A stretch of 64,000 nucleotides of DNA from Corallochytrium limacisporum Hawaii (taxonomy: Eukaryota > Protista > Pluriformea): assembly GCA_002811645.1 (NCBI GenBank), contig PDIP01000030.1:214383-278382 (forward strand). Direction: 5' to 3'. A program made the position numbers and the translations under genes. Positions 22,112-34,194 of the stretch are shown in pieces (the stretch's first letter is position 1; each line of letters starts with the position of its first letter). The notes under the pieces are model-generated. The model did no database searches. It worked only from the letters and a program-made list of their open reading frames with translations, and was not told the DNA's origin.

Positions 22112-23321
22112 GGAGCGGGATTGTTTGGGTTGGGGGGTGGGGGGGGGAAGGTCGGGAAAGGATTGAAGCGGTGGTTTTTTTTTTGGGAAGAATAATAACC
22201 CCGGGCACGCATGTGTGGTGGTGTAATACGAATCGACCAAATAGGAGTGATGGCATAAGTATCCACGTTTCGGTTTACGTGCGAATAAGAAAGGATGAGC
22301 GGACTCATTCACTGCTCCCCCATTATTGTAAATTATCCGTATATTATATTTTATATTATTAGTATTTATAGTGAATATGTTTACAAATTCAGGATATCAT
22401 TATGGGCACATGTTTGCGCAGTGGCTGTTATTTTTTTTCCTTTTTTTTTTCGGGAACGAGGAAAGCGAGAGTTTTGCATCCTCTCTTTAAGCTTTCTATG
22501 TTTATTACTATAATTTTTGTCCTTCTCTTTTTTTTGGGGGGGGGGGCCAAGATTGGCAGGGGCGCAGCAGAGAGAGAGGGAGAGCGAAGCAATCGGAGGT
22601 AGAGGGGTGTGTGTGTGTGTGGAGAGAGAGAGGGGTCGTCAAATTCGCAAGGAAGCCGACCGAATCCCCCGGGGGGGGGGGCCGGGGTAATAAACGATGG
22701 TCCATTTCCTACTGGTGGGAAGAGTTTTTGTGAAGCGGTAATTATCACACGGGAGGTTCGTTGTGCGAAGGGAGGGAGGGGGGGGGAGTTGTGTTGAGAG
22801 CGAGAAACGCGGATGAGAGAGGTAAAAAACTGTTCGGAAAGCGCTCAAATTGGGGGATGCGGCAGAGATGGTGCTGTGTGCCGTGCACTTGCTTGGCATA
22901 CATTTCTATACACGTTGGTGCCACTCAGCGAAGACGATTCTTGGACGGACCGCCTTGAGTGGGTTCTGTGTAAGTGGGGTGTGCGTGTGTGTTTGTACCG
23001 TTTCTAGAATTGGTGGGACTGTGCCGTGCGTCACGTCACTGGTTCAAAGTCTTTTGTACGCGGTCTGTGTGCCCTAAATTTAACATTTCGTATCGGAATG
23101 ACAATGAAAATTTTGTGTCGGCTACGGTGCGAGGGCATAATTCTTTGGTGTCTGTAAAGATAATAACAGTTAAGTCGCAGTTGGTTTTGATGCCAAGCTA
23201 CTTCAGTTCTGGGATTGTTAAATTCAACTAACATCCAAATAACTATTATACCACTTCTATTTTCCGGGACCAGACCGGCTCAATTTTGCTTTTCTGAGAC
23301 AGAAAACATAGACCTTTCATA

Positions 23322-24491
23322 ATGAGCCCGTCCATGAGCTTGATCCGCCAGGTGGCCAGCCGTGCCCACCCTATCGCTACCACCGCCCGTGTTGGCAGTT
23401 CTGCCTTCATTGTCGGACAGCATCGATTCTACGCCATTAAGCACGCTACTTCCACTCCGACCAGCAAGGCCTGGGAAGCCGCCCAGAACGCTACCATCCG
23501 CAACGACTGGACTAGGGAGGAGATTCAGGAAATCTATGACTCTCCTCTACTCGATCTTATGTTCAGTGCCCAGCACGTTCATCGTAATTTCCAGAACGCC
23601 CGGGAGGTACAGCAATGCACTCTGCTCAGCATCAAGACCGGAGGATGCACCGAGGACTGCAAGTATTGCCCCCAGTCCAGTCGCTATGATACTGGTGTCA
23701 AGGCGGAGCGTTTGATGAAGATTGACGATGTCTTGGTCGCTGCTCGTCGGGCTAAGGAGGCCGGTTCTACTCGCTTCTGCATGGGTGCTGCATGGCGTGA
23801 CATTTTGAACCGCAAGACCAACTTCAAGCAGGTCGCAGACATGGTCAAGGAGATTCGCGCAATGGATATCGAGGTGTGCTGCACTCTGGGTATGCTGAGT
23901 GCTGAGCAGGCACAGATGCTGAAGGAAGCGGGATTGACTGCTTACAACCATAACTTGGACACCAGCCGCGAGTTCTACCCCGAGATCATTAGTACCCGCA
24001 CCTACGACGACCGTCTGCAGACTCTCGACAATGTACGCAAGGCAGGCCTGAGCGTATGCTGCGGTGGTATCATTGGCATGGGTGAGACCGAGAAGGACCG
24101 TGTCGGTCTGTTGCACTCGTTGTCCACTCTGCCCGAGCACCCAGAATCCGTGCCGGTCAACTCTCTGGTTCCAGTGAAAGGTACTCCTCTCGGCGAACGC
24201 AGCCCCGTGCACATCTTTGAGATGGTCCGTATGATCGGTACTGCTCGTATTGTGATGCCCGGCAGCATCGTTCGTCTGAGTGCTGGCCGCGTGAACCTCA
24301 GCATCCCGGAGCAGGCCATGTGCTTCTTCTCTGGTGCGAACTCCATCTTCACCGGCGAGAAGCTGTTGACCACTCAGAACAACGATTGGGATCAGGACAA
24401 GGCCATGTTTGACATGCTCGGATTGGTTGGCAAGGCTCCCAACTTTGAACAGGGCAACGAACCCGCACAGGAGGCTGCTGTGGGCAAGTAA
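23322..24491 (+). CDS. BIO2: Mitochondrial biotin synthase (radical SAM)
   Basis: IKTGGCTEDCKYCPQS, RFCMGAAWR, YNHNLDT, HPESVPVN, GANSIFTGEKLLTT and an N-terminal presequence. Confidence 0.97.
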   Translation: MSPSMSLIRQVASRAHPIATTARVGSSAFIVGQHRFYAIKHATSTPTSKAWEAAQNATIRNDWTREEIQEIYDSPLLDLMFSAQHVHRNFQNAREVQQCTLLSIKTGGCTEDCKYCPQSSRYDTGVKAERLMKIDDVLVAARRAKEAGSTRFCMGAAWRDILNRKTNFKQVADMVKEIRAMDIEVCCTLGMLSAEQAQMLKEAGLTAYNHNLDTSREFYPEIISTRTYDDRLQTLDNVRKAGLSVCCGGIIGMGETEKDRVGLLHSLSTLPEHPESVPVNSLVPVKGTPLGERSPVHIFEMVRMIGTARIVMPGSIVRLSAGRVNLSIPEQAMCFFSGANSIFTGEKLLTTQNNDWDQDKAMFDMLGLVGKAPNFEQGNEPAQEAAVGK

Positions 24492-24709
24492 GTTCCATTA
24501 GCTGAGGAATTATTGATAAACACAGCTTAGGAACATTAAATAGGGTTCTAGGAAACCCGTATTGTTAGCATACACGTAAAGTCATCATGGTCATGGAGGA
24601 TAGAGGATTCTCCTTGGCAGTATAAACATTACATTACTCACTGTTCTATGTTCATGATATTCATTTCTATGCAAACCCGAGAAGATTGTTCTTTAAACAC
24701 TGCATTTCT

Positions 24710-26218
24710 TTACGACGGTGGCTTTTTTTCTGCACTTGCCCATTTCCTCTCAACCCACTCACGGTACTCTGTAACATCAGCAGGTATGCGCAGCAATTGA
24801 CTCAGCTGGGTTGGGCACTCCGGAATGATACATCTACGGCCAATCTGGGACATGTGTAGTACGTGATATGCGTGGGCAAAGGCCTGACGCACCTGGTCGT
24901 ACTTAAAAGACTTGCTGCCGGGGTCATTGACAGTATCCATTGGGTCCTCGAGCGTAAGAATACCTGGGGGACGTTTCCAACGCCGCTGCCGTTTCTGGAA
25001 GTATTTTCCATTTCTCAGAATAGAGATGGCCACCTCGCTGTAGTTGAAGATGATTCCGTAAAGTTCAAAGAACTCCATGAGCAGGACACCCAGGTTTTCC
25101 GTCTTCATGAATTCTGGGTCGCGTCCCATTCCACGTGGATGCATCTGTAGAAAGCTGATGACCATAAGAATCAGCGAGAACGATCCCAGTCCCCCACTGA
25201 AGACTTCGTTCAACATACGCTGAGACAGAAAGTGTTTCACAAGCATAATCAATGGGTGCGCTACGGGGTATTCTTCAAGCAGATTCAACACTTCCTCAGC
25301 AGCTTCTGGCCCACCCGGAGTGTTGAAACTGATGTCCATCTCCAATCCGCTTAGGGTGTCCCATAATTTGATGATAGGAACCTGTGCGCTGCTGATCACC
25401 TGTAAACGATCCGCAATCTTCTCTTCACGCAGCGCAGTCGCTAGCGTATTCAATGGCACCGTCTTCCACTCTCCATAGACCACAATGTCAATGTCACCTG
25501 TTGGTAAGTACAGGCCCGTGGCATAGCTGCCGAGGACTTTGACCTTCGCTAGTGGCCAAATTTCAGTAATGCACGTCTCAACCCTATGAAGAACTTCTTT
25601 TCGCATCTTCTTTTCCGCTTCGGAGGGTTCGATATATTGAATGTAGTCACAGATTTCTCGATGCAACGCAACAGGCATGGGGAGTTTCTGATAGCTGCGC
25701 CCCTTGTCCTGACACCAAGGCAGCTCGGCCCAATTGAACGTGAGTTCATCAATCTGAAGGGCACCTTTAGCTACTACATACCCACCATCTGGCTCAGGCA
25801 TACTCTGACTCCCATCTTCTTGGGTTTCTGGTAGACTGATGAAGTCACTTTGGGCATCAAATTGTGCGCCGTGGCTAGTCGCTTCGCCCCCAATTTCTTG
25901 AACCTGAACAGGTGAATCTCCTTCTCCTGCGTACACATGCGCGTCTACAACGTCCTCAACTGCTCCTGAATCATTATTTACTTCATCATTGTCCCATCCG
26001 TTGGTTCCTGTATTGAGGGAATGTACGTCATCAGGGGACGAGGAGTCAGACTCGTGTAATTCAGAGTCTTCCGGTGCCTTCTCCTGCGCTTTAGGCTTTT
26101 GGGTTCTAGTCTTTGCTTTTCGATTACTCTTTTGCTTTGGCACATTGCTGGTCTTAGCCTTTTTAGGTTTATGGACCGCCCCGCTTTCCGTAGTAGCTAT
26201 CCTTCGTTTGCGTCCCAT
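24710..26218 (-). CDS. Non-canonical poly(A) polymerase, TRF4/PAPD5/TENT4 family
   Basis: LHREI.DY, GSYATGLYLPTGDIDIVV, VPIIK, DISFN, LNEVFSGGLGS, NLGVLLMEFFELYG, LEDP...ND. Start at acaATG 26218. Confidence 0.93.
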   Translation of the reverse strand: MGRKRRIATTESGAVHKPKKAKTSNVPKQKSNRKAKTRTQKPKAQEKAPEDSELHESDSSSPDDVHSLNTGTNGWDNDEVNNDSGAVEDVVDAHVYAGEGDSPVQVQEIGGEATSHGAQFDAQSDFISLPETQEDGSQSMPEPDGGYVVAKGALQIDELTFNWAELPWCQDKGRSYQKLPMPVALHREICDYIQYIEPSEAEKKMRKEVLHRVETCITEIWPLAKVKVLGSYATGLYLPTGDIDIVVYGEWKTVPLNTLATALREEKIADRLQVISSAQVPIIKLWDTLSGLEMDISFNTPGGPEAAEEVLNLLEEYPVAHPLIMLVKHFLSQRMLNEVFSGGLGSFSLILMVISFLQMHPRGMGRDPEFMKTENLGVLLMEFFELYGIIFNYSEVAISILRNGKYFQKRQRRWKRPPGILTLEDPMDTVNDPGSKSFKYDQVRQAFAHAYHVLHMSQIGRRCIIPECPTQLSQLLRIPADVTEYREWVERKWASAEKKPPS

Positions 26219-26714
26219 TGTGTTTACGCGCTCACATACTGCAGACACATGCTCTTCCGGCCCACAATCCACGAATTGGATTCCACGGCTTGTTGGTGAG
26301 TTGAGTTAACTTACTTGTCGAACATTCCCTGGATTGCACGCTTAAAACGACTTCTTTAGACTGAGCTATGATTCTTAACTAGCTTTTCTGAACGACGGGC
26401 ATGTGCACTATTCCGACACAGCCGGGCCCTCCATTATGAGACTCGCCAGGTGGAGCTCGCCCGTGAGGCCTCGTTAAAGTGAGAGGGTTGGGGGGGGGTT
26501 AGAATTGGATGGGGGTGGCGAACGGGTGCGCTGTGTAAAACTGTGAGGGCATTTTGGCGCCTCCCCGCCTGACCCTCCGCACAGAAAGTGTGGAGCCCGT
26601 TGAAGGTCAGTCCGGTACTAGTAATGCATGTTGATTGATGTTTTATTGGGTATTGAGTTTTGCGTTTTGTGCGTGTGGAATTTCGCACACCGCAGGGAGC
26701 TGATGATTGAGCGC

Positions 26715-27773
26715 TCACTGGGTCTTCAACAGCAGCTTGCCGACTGTGGCACCGGATTCAATGTGCTTGTGTGCCTCACGGGCTTCGTCAAGGTTGAAAA
26801 TCTTGTCGTGGCGGACCTTGATATCCCCCCCAGCGATCCAGTCAAAGAGTTGCTGACAACGATCCGGCAGTTCTTCTGCGAAATCAAAGAGTGTTGGCCG
26901 GGTCAAGTAGATGGACCCAGTCAGATCCAATGGTGCCACAGGAGGCACAGCGCCCGATGCATTTCCAAAGGCGACCAGAGTACCGCGCTTGCGTAGCGCT
27001 TTCTTTGATGTGTCAAACGTTGTTTTGCCGACACCATCCAAGACGTAGTCCACACCCTTCGAATTCGTAATCTTCTGGACTGCTTCAACGACATCTTCTG
27101 TCTTGTAGTTGATGACATGTGTACAACCAAGAGCCCGGAGCTCATCGAATTTGTCTGCCTTTGATGAGATACCAATGATGGTGGTCACTCCCAGCTTCTT
27201 GGCAATCTGGACCATCATAGCGCCGGTGCCTCCCAGCGCTGCCCAGATCAAGGCTGTATCTCCAGGTTTAGCACTAACAACACCATTGACCAGGAAAGCA
27301 TGGGCTGTCAAGCCCTGTATCGCGGCCGCAGCTCCTTGCTGCGTCGTCATCTCCGAAGGCAGCGGGAACACCTGCCCTTCGCCAGCCACAGTGTACTCTG
27401 CGTACGACGGAACCCCGAAGAAGGCCACCTTATCACCAACCTTGAACTTTGTAACACCAGTGCCTACTTTGGTGACGGTACCCGCGCCTTCTCTGCCCAA
27501 AGTTGCCGGTAATGGTATCTTGTACAACCCAGATCTGTGGTAGGTATCGATGAAGTTCACTCCAGCGTATTCGATCTCTATGCCAACCTGATCACTATCC
27601 GGATCGTGACGAGGAACTTCTTCCATCACCATGTTCTCAATAGGTCCTTGCTCATGGACCCGAACAGCCTTGTATGTATCTTTGTGAGTGGCCATAGTTG
27701 CTGTGTGTCTACTAAACAGCCCTGCTCCGGGAAGAATGCGTAGGTTTCGCAGTCGGCTTGCAATCGATGCCAT
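26715..27773 (-). CDS. NADPH:quinone oxidoreductase (Qor/Zta1 zeta-crystallin family)
   Basis: AGVNFIDTYHRSGLY, LGREGAG, QGLTAH, DGVGKTTF, FGNASG and TVGKLLL. Confidence 0.93.
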   Translation of the reverse strand: MASIASRLRNLRILPGAGLFSRHTATMATHKDTYKAVRVHEQGPIENMVMEEVPRHDPDSDQVGIEIEYAGVNFIDTYHRSGLYKIPLPATLGREGAGTVTKVGTGVTKFKVGDKVAFFGVPSYAEYTVAGEGQVFPLPSEMTTQQGAAAAIQGLTAHAFLVNGVVSAKPGDTALIWAALGGTGAMMVQIAKKLGVTTIIGISSKADKFDELRALGCTHVINYKTEDVVEAVQKITNSKGVDYVLDGVGKTTFDTSKKALRKRGTLVAFGNASGAVPPVAPLDLTGSIYLTRPTLFDFAEELPDRCQQLFDWIAGGDIKVRHDKIFNLDEAREAHKHIESGATVGKLLLKTQ

Positions 27774-28861
27774 TGCGGCACACTCTCGACTATTTGAGGT
27801 TTGCTGCTGTTCGGGAAGGCACGTAGATGTCTACTGCTTTCAAGGAATCCTTACATACCACGCAATGCTTTGCTCTGGTACTTCCCCCGCTCATGAGATC
27901 ATGTCGGAACGATTCGTGCGATCCTACGCAGGCCTCCTCCGTCCCCCTCCGCACGGCCTTAACAAGCACCAAACAGCCAGCCACAAAATACTCTAGCCTA
28001 TTTTTGAGCTATTGAATCAAACCATTGTGATTTTACAGTCCCCCCCCGCCCACCCAACGTCCCGTAAGTATACAATATACGGTCAGCAAACAACAGACTT
28101 AGTTTTCTGGACAAAGTTGAATTTAAGGGACATCCGTTCTTTCCGGAATCTGGCCCCGTGTCCCCCATCGTACACTTTCGTTGAAATTCAGTTACCACCA
28201 CGCAGGGGCAGAGGCAGACCAGGCCATACAAGGACAAAAACATCGCAATGCCCGAGGACACCCTTGGACGGCTCTTCTTTTCGTTTGCCCCGTGAAAATT
28301 TTGCCAGCAGTGAAAGTAGAAGCTGAATTTTCCGCAGACGGTGGGGCGAGCAAAAATTTGAGAAAATTTTCCTCGCCCTGCCCGCTGCCCGCTGCTGCTC
28401 AATGTTTGTGACGGCGGTAAACAAACTGGAAGCCACGCCCTCCCCGGGCGAGAAGGGTGATGGGCAAGCCTGCGCGGCAAGCATTGAATTGTACGGGGGT
28501 GGTGGAGGGCCAGCAGTGGGAAGGGTACCGGGGTTGGGGCATCACCGCCTGGGTGCTAGTGCTGACCTTTGGGCGGTGTGACTACGGTTGACAGATTTGC
28601 GGCAATGTGGATTCTATTTTCATGTGCTTTGCGCTGTAAAGGGAACAAATCCAATGTTGCTCGCTTTCTCCTTTAGATGGGCGTCTAGAATTTTAATGGA
28701 CTGAAGCCTTGTGTTGGGAAGTTTCGTAAATATTACATATTACACAAAACTATAGTCGGGTGGTATTTAAAGATCATATTGTTTGCATGTGATAAGAGGG
28801 TATGGTTCTGGCATATGTTTGGCTAACTTTACCGACTGGAGTACAGCGTAAGTCAGTCAAA

Positions 28862-29719
28862 ATGCTGAGCACTTCGGTTTTCTGTAGGGCGACCATGAAG
28901 GTCGCTGTCCAGGGTGGACTCTTGAACACTATTCGGGCACAGAGCACTGCAGCGGCGGGCGCAACGGCTGGTGCACGCATGAAGAAGTTCTCCATCTACC
29001 GTTGGGACCCTGAAAAGCCTGGTGATAAGCCCCATATGCAGGAGTATGAGGTTGATCTAAACGACTGTGGTCCTATGATTCTGGACGCTCTCATTAAGAT
29101 CAAGAATGAGATTGATCCCACTTTGACTTTCCGTCGTTCCTGCCGTGAGGGTATCTGCGGTTCTTGCGCCATGAACGTCGGCGGCACCAACAATTTGGCC
29201 TGCCTGTGCAAGATCGATGAGAATCTGAGTACCGCTGTCAAGATTTACCCTCTGCCTCACATGTACGTGGTGAAGGATTTGGTGCCCGATATGAACAATT
29301 TCTATGATCAGTATCGCTCCATTCAGCCTTGGCTTCAGCGCAAGGATGGCATGCCAGCTGACGGTCTCGAGAACTACCAGAGTGTCGACGATCGCCGCAA
29401 GCTGGACGGTCTATACGAATGCATTCTGTGTGCTTGCTGCTCCACCTCTTGCCCCAGCTACTGGTGGAACTCCGACAAGTACCTCGGTCCTGCTGTCCTG
29501 ATGCAAGCTTACCGCTGGATCATCGACTCACGCGATCAGATGAGCAAGGAACGTATGGAGAAGCTGCAGGACCCCTATAGCCTGTTCCGCTGCCATACTA
29601 TCATGAACTGCACGAAGACCTGCCCGAAGGGTCTTAATCCCGGACGGGCCATTGCTGAGATTAAGAAGGAGATGAGCGGTATCGGACAGTTGCCTAAGGA
29701 GCAGACCCCGGCTGCATAA
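28862..29719 (+). CDS. SDHB: Succinate dehydrogenase iron-sulfur subunit
   Basis: [34 protein letters not shown] and [17 protein letters not shown]. Start aaaATG 28862 preferred over 28802. Confidence 0.98.
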   Translation: MLSTSVFCRATMKVAVQGGLLNTIRAQSTAAAGATAGARMKKFSIYRWDPEKPGDKPHMQEYEVDLNDCGPMILDALIKIKNEIDPTLTFRRSCREGICGSCAMNVGGTNNLACLCKIDENLSTAVKIYPLPHMYVVKDLVPDMNNFYDQYRSIQPWLQRKDGMPADGLENYQSVDDRRKLDGLYECILCACCSTSCPSYWWNSDKYLGPAVLMQAYRWIIDSRDQMSKERMEKLQDPYSLFRCHTIMNCTKTCPKGLNPGRAIAEIKKEMSGIGQLPKEQTPAA

Positions 29720-30005
29720 AGAACCCATTGTCAATCGTAGGCATGAGACCTCTTTCATTTTGACCACGTTTATACTCCTTGATAATGTCATTGAAGACAA
29801 CTCTTTGGCCAGAACAAGTGTTGCAAGGAGCAATTCACTTTCACCTACAACTGCACAAGTAACATTGATAGATCCCATACAAGTTTGAACATTGCACAGG
29901 TCGTTGACAATGTGTGATAACGTAAGCATGGATGTATGTCGTTGTATTACTATGTCAATTCTTTAAATGCTCATGCTCGTTTTGAAGACGAGCCCGTACT
30001 CAGTT

Positions 30006-30422
30006 TCATTTTTTTGTCTGATTCTCGCCGACTTTGACTAATTCGCCTTTTTCTTCAATGTACAACTTATGGTTCGCGTCAGCCAGGAATTTGCGCCGGT
30101 TTTGACAACATAAACACGTGATTACCACTCTCTTTTGACCCTTACTACGTGTTCGAACTTGTGCAGTAATTCCTGGGACGAGCAATGTATTGCATTTCTT
30201 GCACATAGTGCGCTTTAGGTTTGGGGACATGCGTGTAACCGTCTTCTGCGCAGTGTCCCGCAAAATGGCCACATGGCGACGAGCGATATGAAGCTCAGAT
30301 CTCTCTATAGTTTCCGGACCAAGTCCATTTTCAGCCGCACAAAGAACATGCAAAAATGCTGTCTGATACTCTTGGGTAATATGCCGGAACGCATCCGGGA
30401 CTTTTGTCTTCTTGGAAGCCAT
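30006..30422 (-). CDS. RPP21: RNase P protein subunit Rpr2/Rpp21
   Basis: KRTMCKKCNTLLVPG...VVITCLCCQNRRKF zinc ribbon. Confidence 0.88.
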   Translation of the reverse strand: MASKKTKVPDAFRHITQEYQTAFLHVLCAAENGLGPETIERSELHIARRHVAILRDTAQKTVTRMSPNLKRTMCKKCNTLLVPGITAQVRTRSKGQKRVVITCLCCQNRRKFLADANHKLYIEEKGELVKVGENQTKK

Positions 30423-30947
30423 TTCTTGTTTATCCCAGTGGGCCCATATTGTATAAAGTTTTCAGGTCGGCCCCACTCTCCTGATGCCTAAATAGTCTGA
30501 TGAAGAAGGACAAGTACTAGTGACATACCTATATAGTAGGAGTTCTTGCACATTTCAAGAAGCTTGCCATGCATGGGCGCACATCGTTTCTTGAACACTG
30601 AAACTCACCGGTGTCTCTTGGGCACCGTTAACCGCAGGCCTATGGAAGCGGTGAGTGGGTATTGGCGAGCTCCTGACCCCTACTCGGCCCCCGGTGAGAA
30701 CCCCCTCCCCCGCTGGGAGGGGGGCCGGAAGAGGGGGAAGGCCAGCGGAGCGTTGCGCGCGAAAAGTTCTTTGTGAACAAGGAAAATGTCTCTATGGGAA
30801 GAGATACAGCGATGGTGAGACCATCGGTTTGGAAAGACCATGGAAGTTCGACTCTAGCTTCTATGAGCTGAGGGTCGTTAAGGCACTGTATCTGCGTATA
30901 GTACTTAAAAGGGACTCTAAGAATTTCTACAACTGGGGACGTGCTTG

Positions 30948-32090
30948 ATGCGAAGCTTGAAGGCCGATACTAATAGAGTCATGCCAGCTCAACAAACACT
31001 GCTCAACGTGAGCGTTGGAAGCATCGGGGAGTCGACTAAGAAGAAGCAAAATGCGCAAACTAAGTTTAAGAATTTTAAGTTGAAGCGCATTGTCAAGCAA
31101 GATCTGCCCGGTGTGTTTGCCATGGGACTGCACCCTGAGCGCCAAGCACGGAACCTGTTGTTCACTGCTAGTCCACGGGCGGTTTCGTTCTATGACAACA
31201 CTCACTGCGGAGACTATCTCGATCTCCTGGCTCTTCTACCTGTAGATGGTGAGTGCAAAGCTAGTGATTCAGAAAAAGGAGCAAAGAAAGACCAAGATGA
31301 GATCATGGCTGTGGACTGGCTGATGCCTTTGCACCTCGGTGCTTGTGTCATTGTCGCTTCTTTGAAAGGGCTGCGGGTCGTAAACCTGTCCCAAGGTGGC
31401 ACAATCTGCTCTCATGACTGCATGAGCGAGAGGATCATTGACGTGCAGGGCACGCATGGTTTTGCGGACTTTGTTGTTCTCACCAAGGAAGGCAACGCAC
31501 ATGCAATGACTGTCACGGGGAATGGAATTGATCTGGTTTCTACAGTTCCCAACGTGGATGCCATTCTTCGGGCCCCAAGCGGAGGATTCTTTTACGTCAC
31601 AAAGGAAAGAGACTTGTGTTATAGTCCTGCGACAGACACAACATCTGTTATCTGCAATCTTCCAAACCGATGCCGTCAATTTTCAGTGATCGATTGGCAG
31701 TACAATGGAGAGACCAGCAGCGAGATCACCATGATGGTTGTCAACAAATCCAGTTTCAAGCTGTTCAGATCGTCTACTGGTGCAAATCTTGAAAAGGAGT
31801 GGTCGAGGGAAGATGTAACAAGCTGTGCTGTATCAGCGAGCAAGAAATACGTTGCATTGGGACACAGTAGTGGGGTCGTTACCATTGTTGACCTGAAGAA
31901 TGGCAAGACCGTCCACCGGCTCCAGCATGAGAAGATCAAGGAGGTAATTACGTCCATCTCCTTCGCACCGGAAGACTCCGCCATACTGTACACCACTGAG
32001 GAAGGGTACGTCTTCCGCTGGGATTACATTCCAGAAGAAGAGCTCGCCGCTTGGAGGCAGTTCCAGGAGGAGCATGGTGGTCCCGAGTAA
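30948..32090 (+). CDS. Divergent WD40-repeat protein
   Basis: C-terminal blades VTSCAVS..KYVALGHSSGVVTIVD and ITSISFAP..ILY..EEGYVFRWD. The start may be 30948 or 30981. Confidence 0.78.
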   Translation: MRSLKADTNRVMPAQQTLLNVSVGSIGESTKKKQNAQTKFKNFKLKRIVKQDLPGVFAMGLHPERQARNLLFTASPRAVSFYDNTHCGDYLDLLALLPVDGECKASDSEKGAKKDQDEIMAVDWLMPLHLGACVIVASLKGLRVVNLSQGGTICSHDCMSERIIDVQGTHGFADFVVLTKEGNAHAMTVTGNGIDLVSTVPNVDAILRAPSGGFFYVTKERDLCYSPATDTTSVICNLPNRCRQFSVIDWQYNGETSSEITMMVVNKSSFKLFRSSTGANLEKEWSREDVTSCAVSASKKYVALGHSSGVVTIVDLKNGKTVHRLQHEKIKEVITSISFAPEDSAILYTTEEGYVFRWDYIPEEELAAWRQFQEEHGGPE

Positions 32091-32157
32091 GGTCTTGAAG
32101 CCCAAATCTTTTGGCAAAATACATGACAAGACATTTTTCCAATTGGATCTAATAAAC

Positions 32158-34194
32158 CTATGCGCTTGCAGGGTTGTGGTACACGCCACCGGCCAGCAGG
32201 ATGTTTCTGTTCGTGAATGACACATGGTATACTGGAGTGCTCTTGGTCGGGAATGTGCGCAGCGGGCGGAACGTGTTGTCTTGCCGTTTTGGCTGTAGTG
32301 CACCTGGTCCACTTGTGTCCATGGTCGACTGTTGGACCTCGTGGGCTTTAGCGAGGTCCCACAGACGGACAGTATTATCAGCACCACCAGAAGCGAGGAG
32401 AGAGCTCTCCTTGCTAGTGGCCAGTGAGTAAATGTCGCCATCATGGCCCTTCAGCCGACTGATCTCCTTGCCGGATCCCATGTCCCACATAATGATGCTG
32501 AGGTCGGAACCAGCAGTCATGCAGTAACGCCCATCATCCGACATGGTAATTGCAGTGACGCGTCCCGTATGACCTGAGAAAACGCGCACACATTCACCCG
32601 TATTGACAGACCAGAGACGTGCAGTACGGTCGGTCGAACCCGTAGCAATATAGTTGCAATTCGGATGCCATGCTACGCAATCCACATCGCTACGATGGCC
32701 TGCTAGAATGCGCAGGGGATAAATACTTTCAGTGTGCCATATTCTTGCAGTGCGATCATGACTTGCACTGGCAAAGTAGGTACCCAAGGGACTCATCTTC
32801 ACGTCCCAGACTGGGAAATTGTGGCCCTGAAAACACACAACATTGGTCATTGTCTGCAGACTCCAGAGGCGGATAGTCCGATCCCGAGATGCGCTCAAAA
32901 CAAATGTTGAATCAAAACTCACATCCGTCGCGTACACAGCACCTGAATGACCAATCAAGGTCACTTCTTCAGTTAGCTCATGTTCGATTTCTATGGGACC
33001 CTTGCTGGCCCGCACACTTGGGTCTCTTGCTGGATCCTTGAGCACTCGGAATTTCTCACCAGCAAGGTTAAATACTTTGATAGATGAATTGTCAAATCCA
33101 GCGACCATGATCTTACTGTTTGGAGAAGTTTGGATGGTGTTAATATCTTCCGATGCATTGAATAGGGTGTACATGACGATGGAGGGATTCTTCTCTGCAC
33201 TCAATTGGACACGTTTGCTGGCATCCATGATCTCCTCTACACGCGCATATATCTCTTCTGTACGCAAAGGTGCTGGAGGAAACTTCACGGGTTGTGGAGG
33301 ACGATCTTCCGCTGATTTTGACCTCAAATGCTTTACCTTTCGCAAAATCGCTTCCATGTCTTCCACATCCTGCCGCAGCTGCGCATCGTCCGGGTTCTTC
33401 TCCATCAGGTCTCTCTTCAAATCACGCTGACGAGTAATTTCCGTCTCGAATTGTTCTTCAATAGGCATCCCCGTGTACACCTTAGTTTGATTGACAGATC
33501 GAGTATCGGAGGCAACCAAGGCCTCGAATCGAGAGTCTCCCAAAGCCGAGTCTACTCTCTGCGCTGGAGCTCCTTCCGTGACTTCGACTTTGAAGTACTG
33601 ATTTAGAAGAGCCAGAATGACCATATCGTTGGAATTACCAAGATAATTTACCAATAGGTCAAATGTTGCCCGACTAAGACTCAAGCGATAGCGATTCTGC
33701 AGAAATAAGTTTGCCAACTCATTTTCCTTAAGCAGCTGTGCACTGTTAACGGAAGCCAACTTCATCAACTCATTACTCTGTCCACCTTCAAAAGAGCCTT
33801 TAAAGCGCTCGAAGAATCCCTGCGCTTCTGAGAGAAAGTTCTTTCCAATTAAGCTCAGGTAGCAATGCACGAAAATCGGAAAGAGAAGCTGCGAAAGCTC
33901 AACTTTGTACTGATCCAGCGCTTGCTCAACCCAATTCTGAAGAGATTCATAAGAAGCCTCATAAACTAATGCTGACCGATCAGCAGAGTACAGCAAAGAT
34001 GTGATTCCGGTTGCAGGTCGTGTACCGTCCACGGCATGCTTCTTGATGAATGCAGCCAGTGATCTGCTGCTCGCTGCCTTCAACAGTTCTTGCTCTTCTT
34101 TATCATACCCACGTTCTTTCAGGTAATTAGCCACCAAGGTATCCTGTTCAGCCTGGCTGACACCGTTCATCGATGCATCTGCGGAAACTTTCAT
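32158..34194 (-). CDS. TAF5: TFIID subunit 5
   Basis: LisH (VANYLKERGY), NTD2 (YKVELSQLLFPIFVHCYL) and WD40 repeats GHNFPVWDV and GHRSDVDCVAWHPNCNYIATGSTDRT. Confidence 0.95.
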   Translation of the reverse strand: MKVSADASMNGVSQAEQDTLVANYLKERGYDKEEQELLKAASSRSLAAFIKKHAVDGTRPATGITSLLYSADRSALVYEASYESLQNWVEQALDQYKVELSQLLFPIFVHCYLSLIGKNFLSEAQGFFERFKGSFEGGQSNELMKLASVNSAQLLKENELANLFLQNRYRLSLSRATFDLLVNYLGNSNDMVILALLNQYFKVEVTEGAPAQRVDSALGDSRFEALVASDTRSVNQTKVYTGMPIEEQFETEITRQRDLKRDLMEKNPDDAQLRQDVEDMEAILRKVKHLRSKSAEDRPPQPVKFPPAPLRTEEIYARVEEIMDASKRVQLSAEKNPSIVMYTLFNASEDINTIQTSPNSKIMVAGFDNSSIKVFNLAGEKFRVLKDPARDPSVRASKGPIEIEHELTEEVTLIGHSGAVYATDVSFDSTFVLSASRDRTIRLWSLQTMTNVVCFQGHNFPVWDVKMSPLGTYFASASHDRTARIWHTESIYPLRILAGHRSDVDCVAWHPNCNYIATGSTDRTARLWSVNTGECVRVFSGHTGRVTAITMSDDGRYCMTAGSDLSIIMWDMGSGKEISRLKGHDGDIYSLATSKESSLLASGGADNTVRLWDLAKAHEVQQSTMDTSGPGALQPKRQDNTFRPLRTFPTKSTPVYHVSFTNRNILLAGGVYHNPASA

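Noticed and set aside
20965-22362. 465 aa ORF and others spanning the N gap, also those at 34985-35630
   Set aside because: Length is inflated by Ns, microsatellites and homopolymers.
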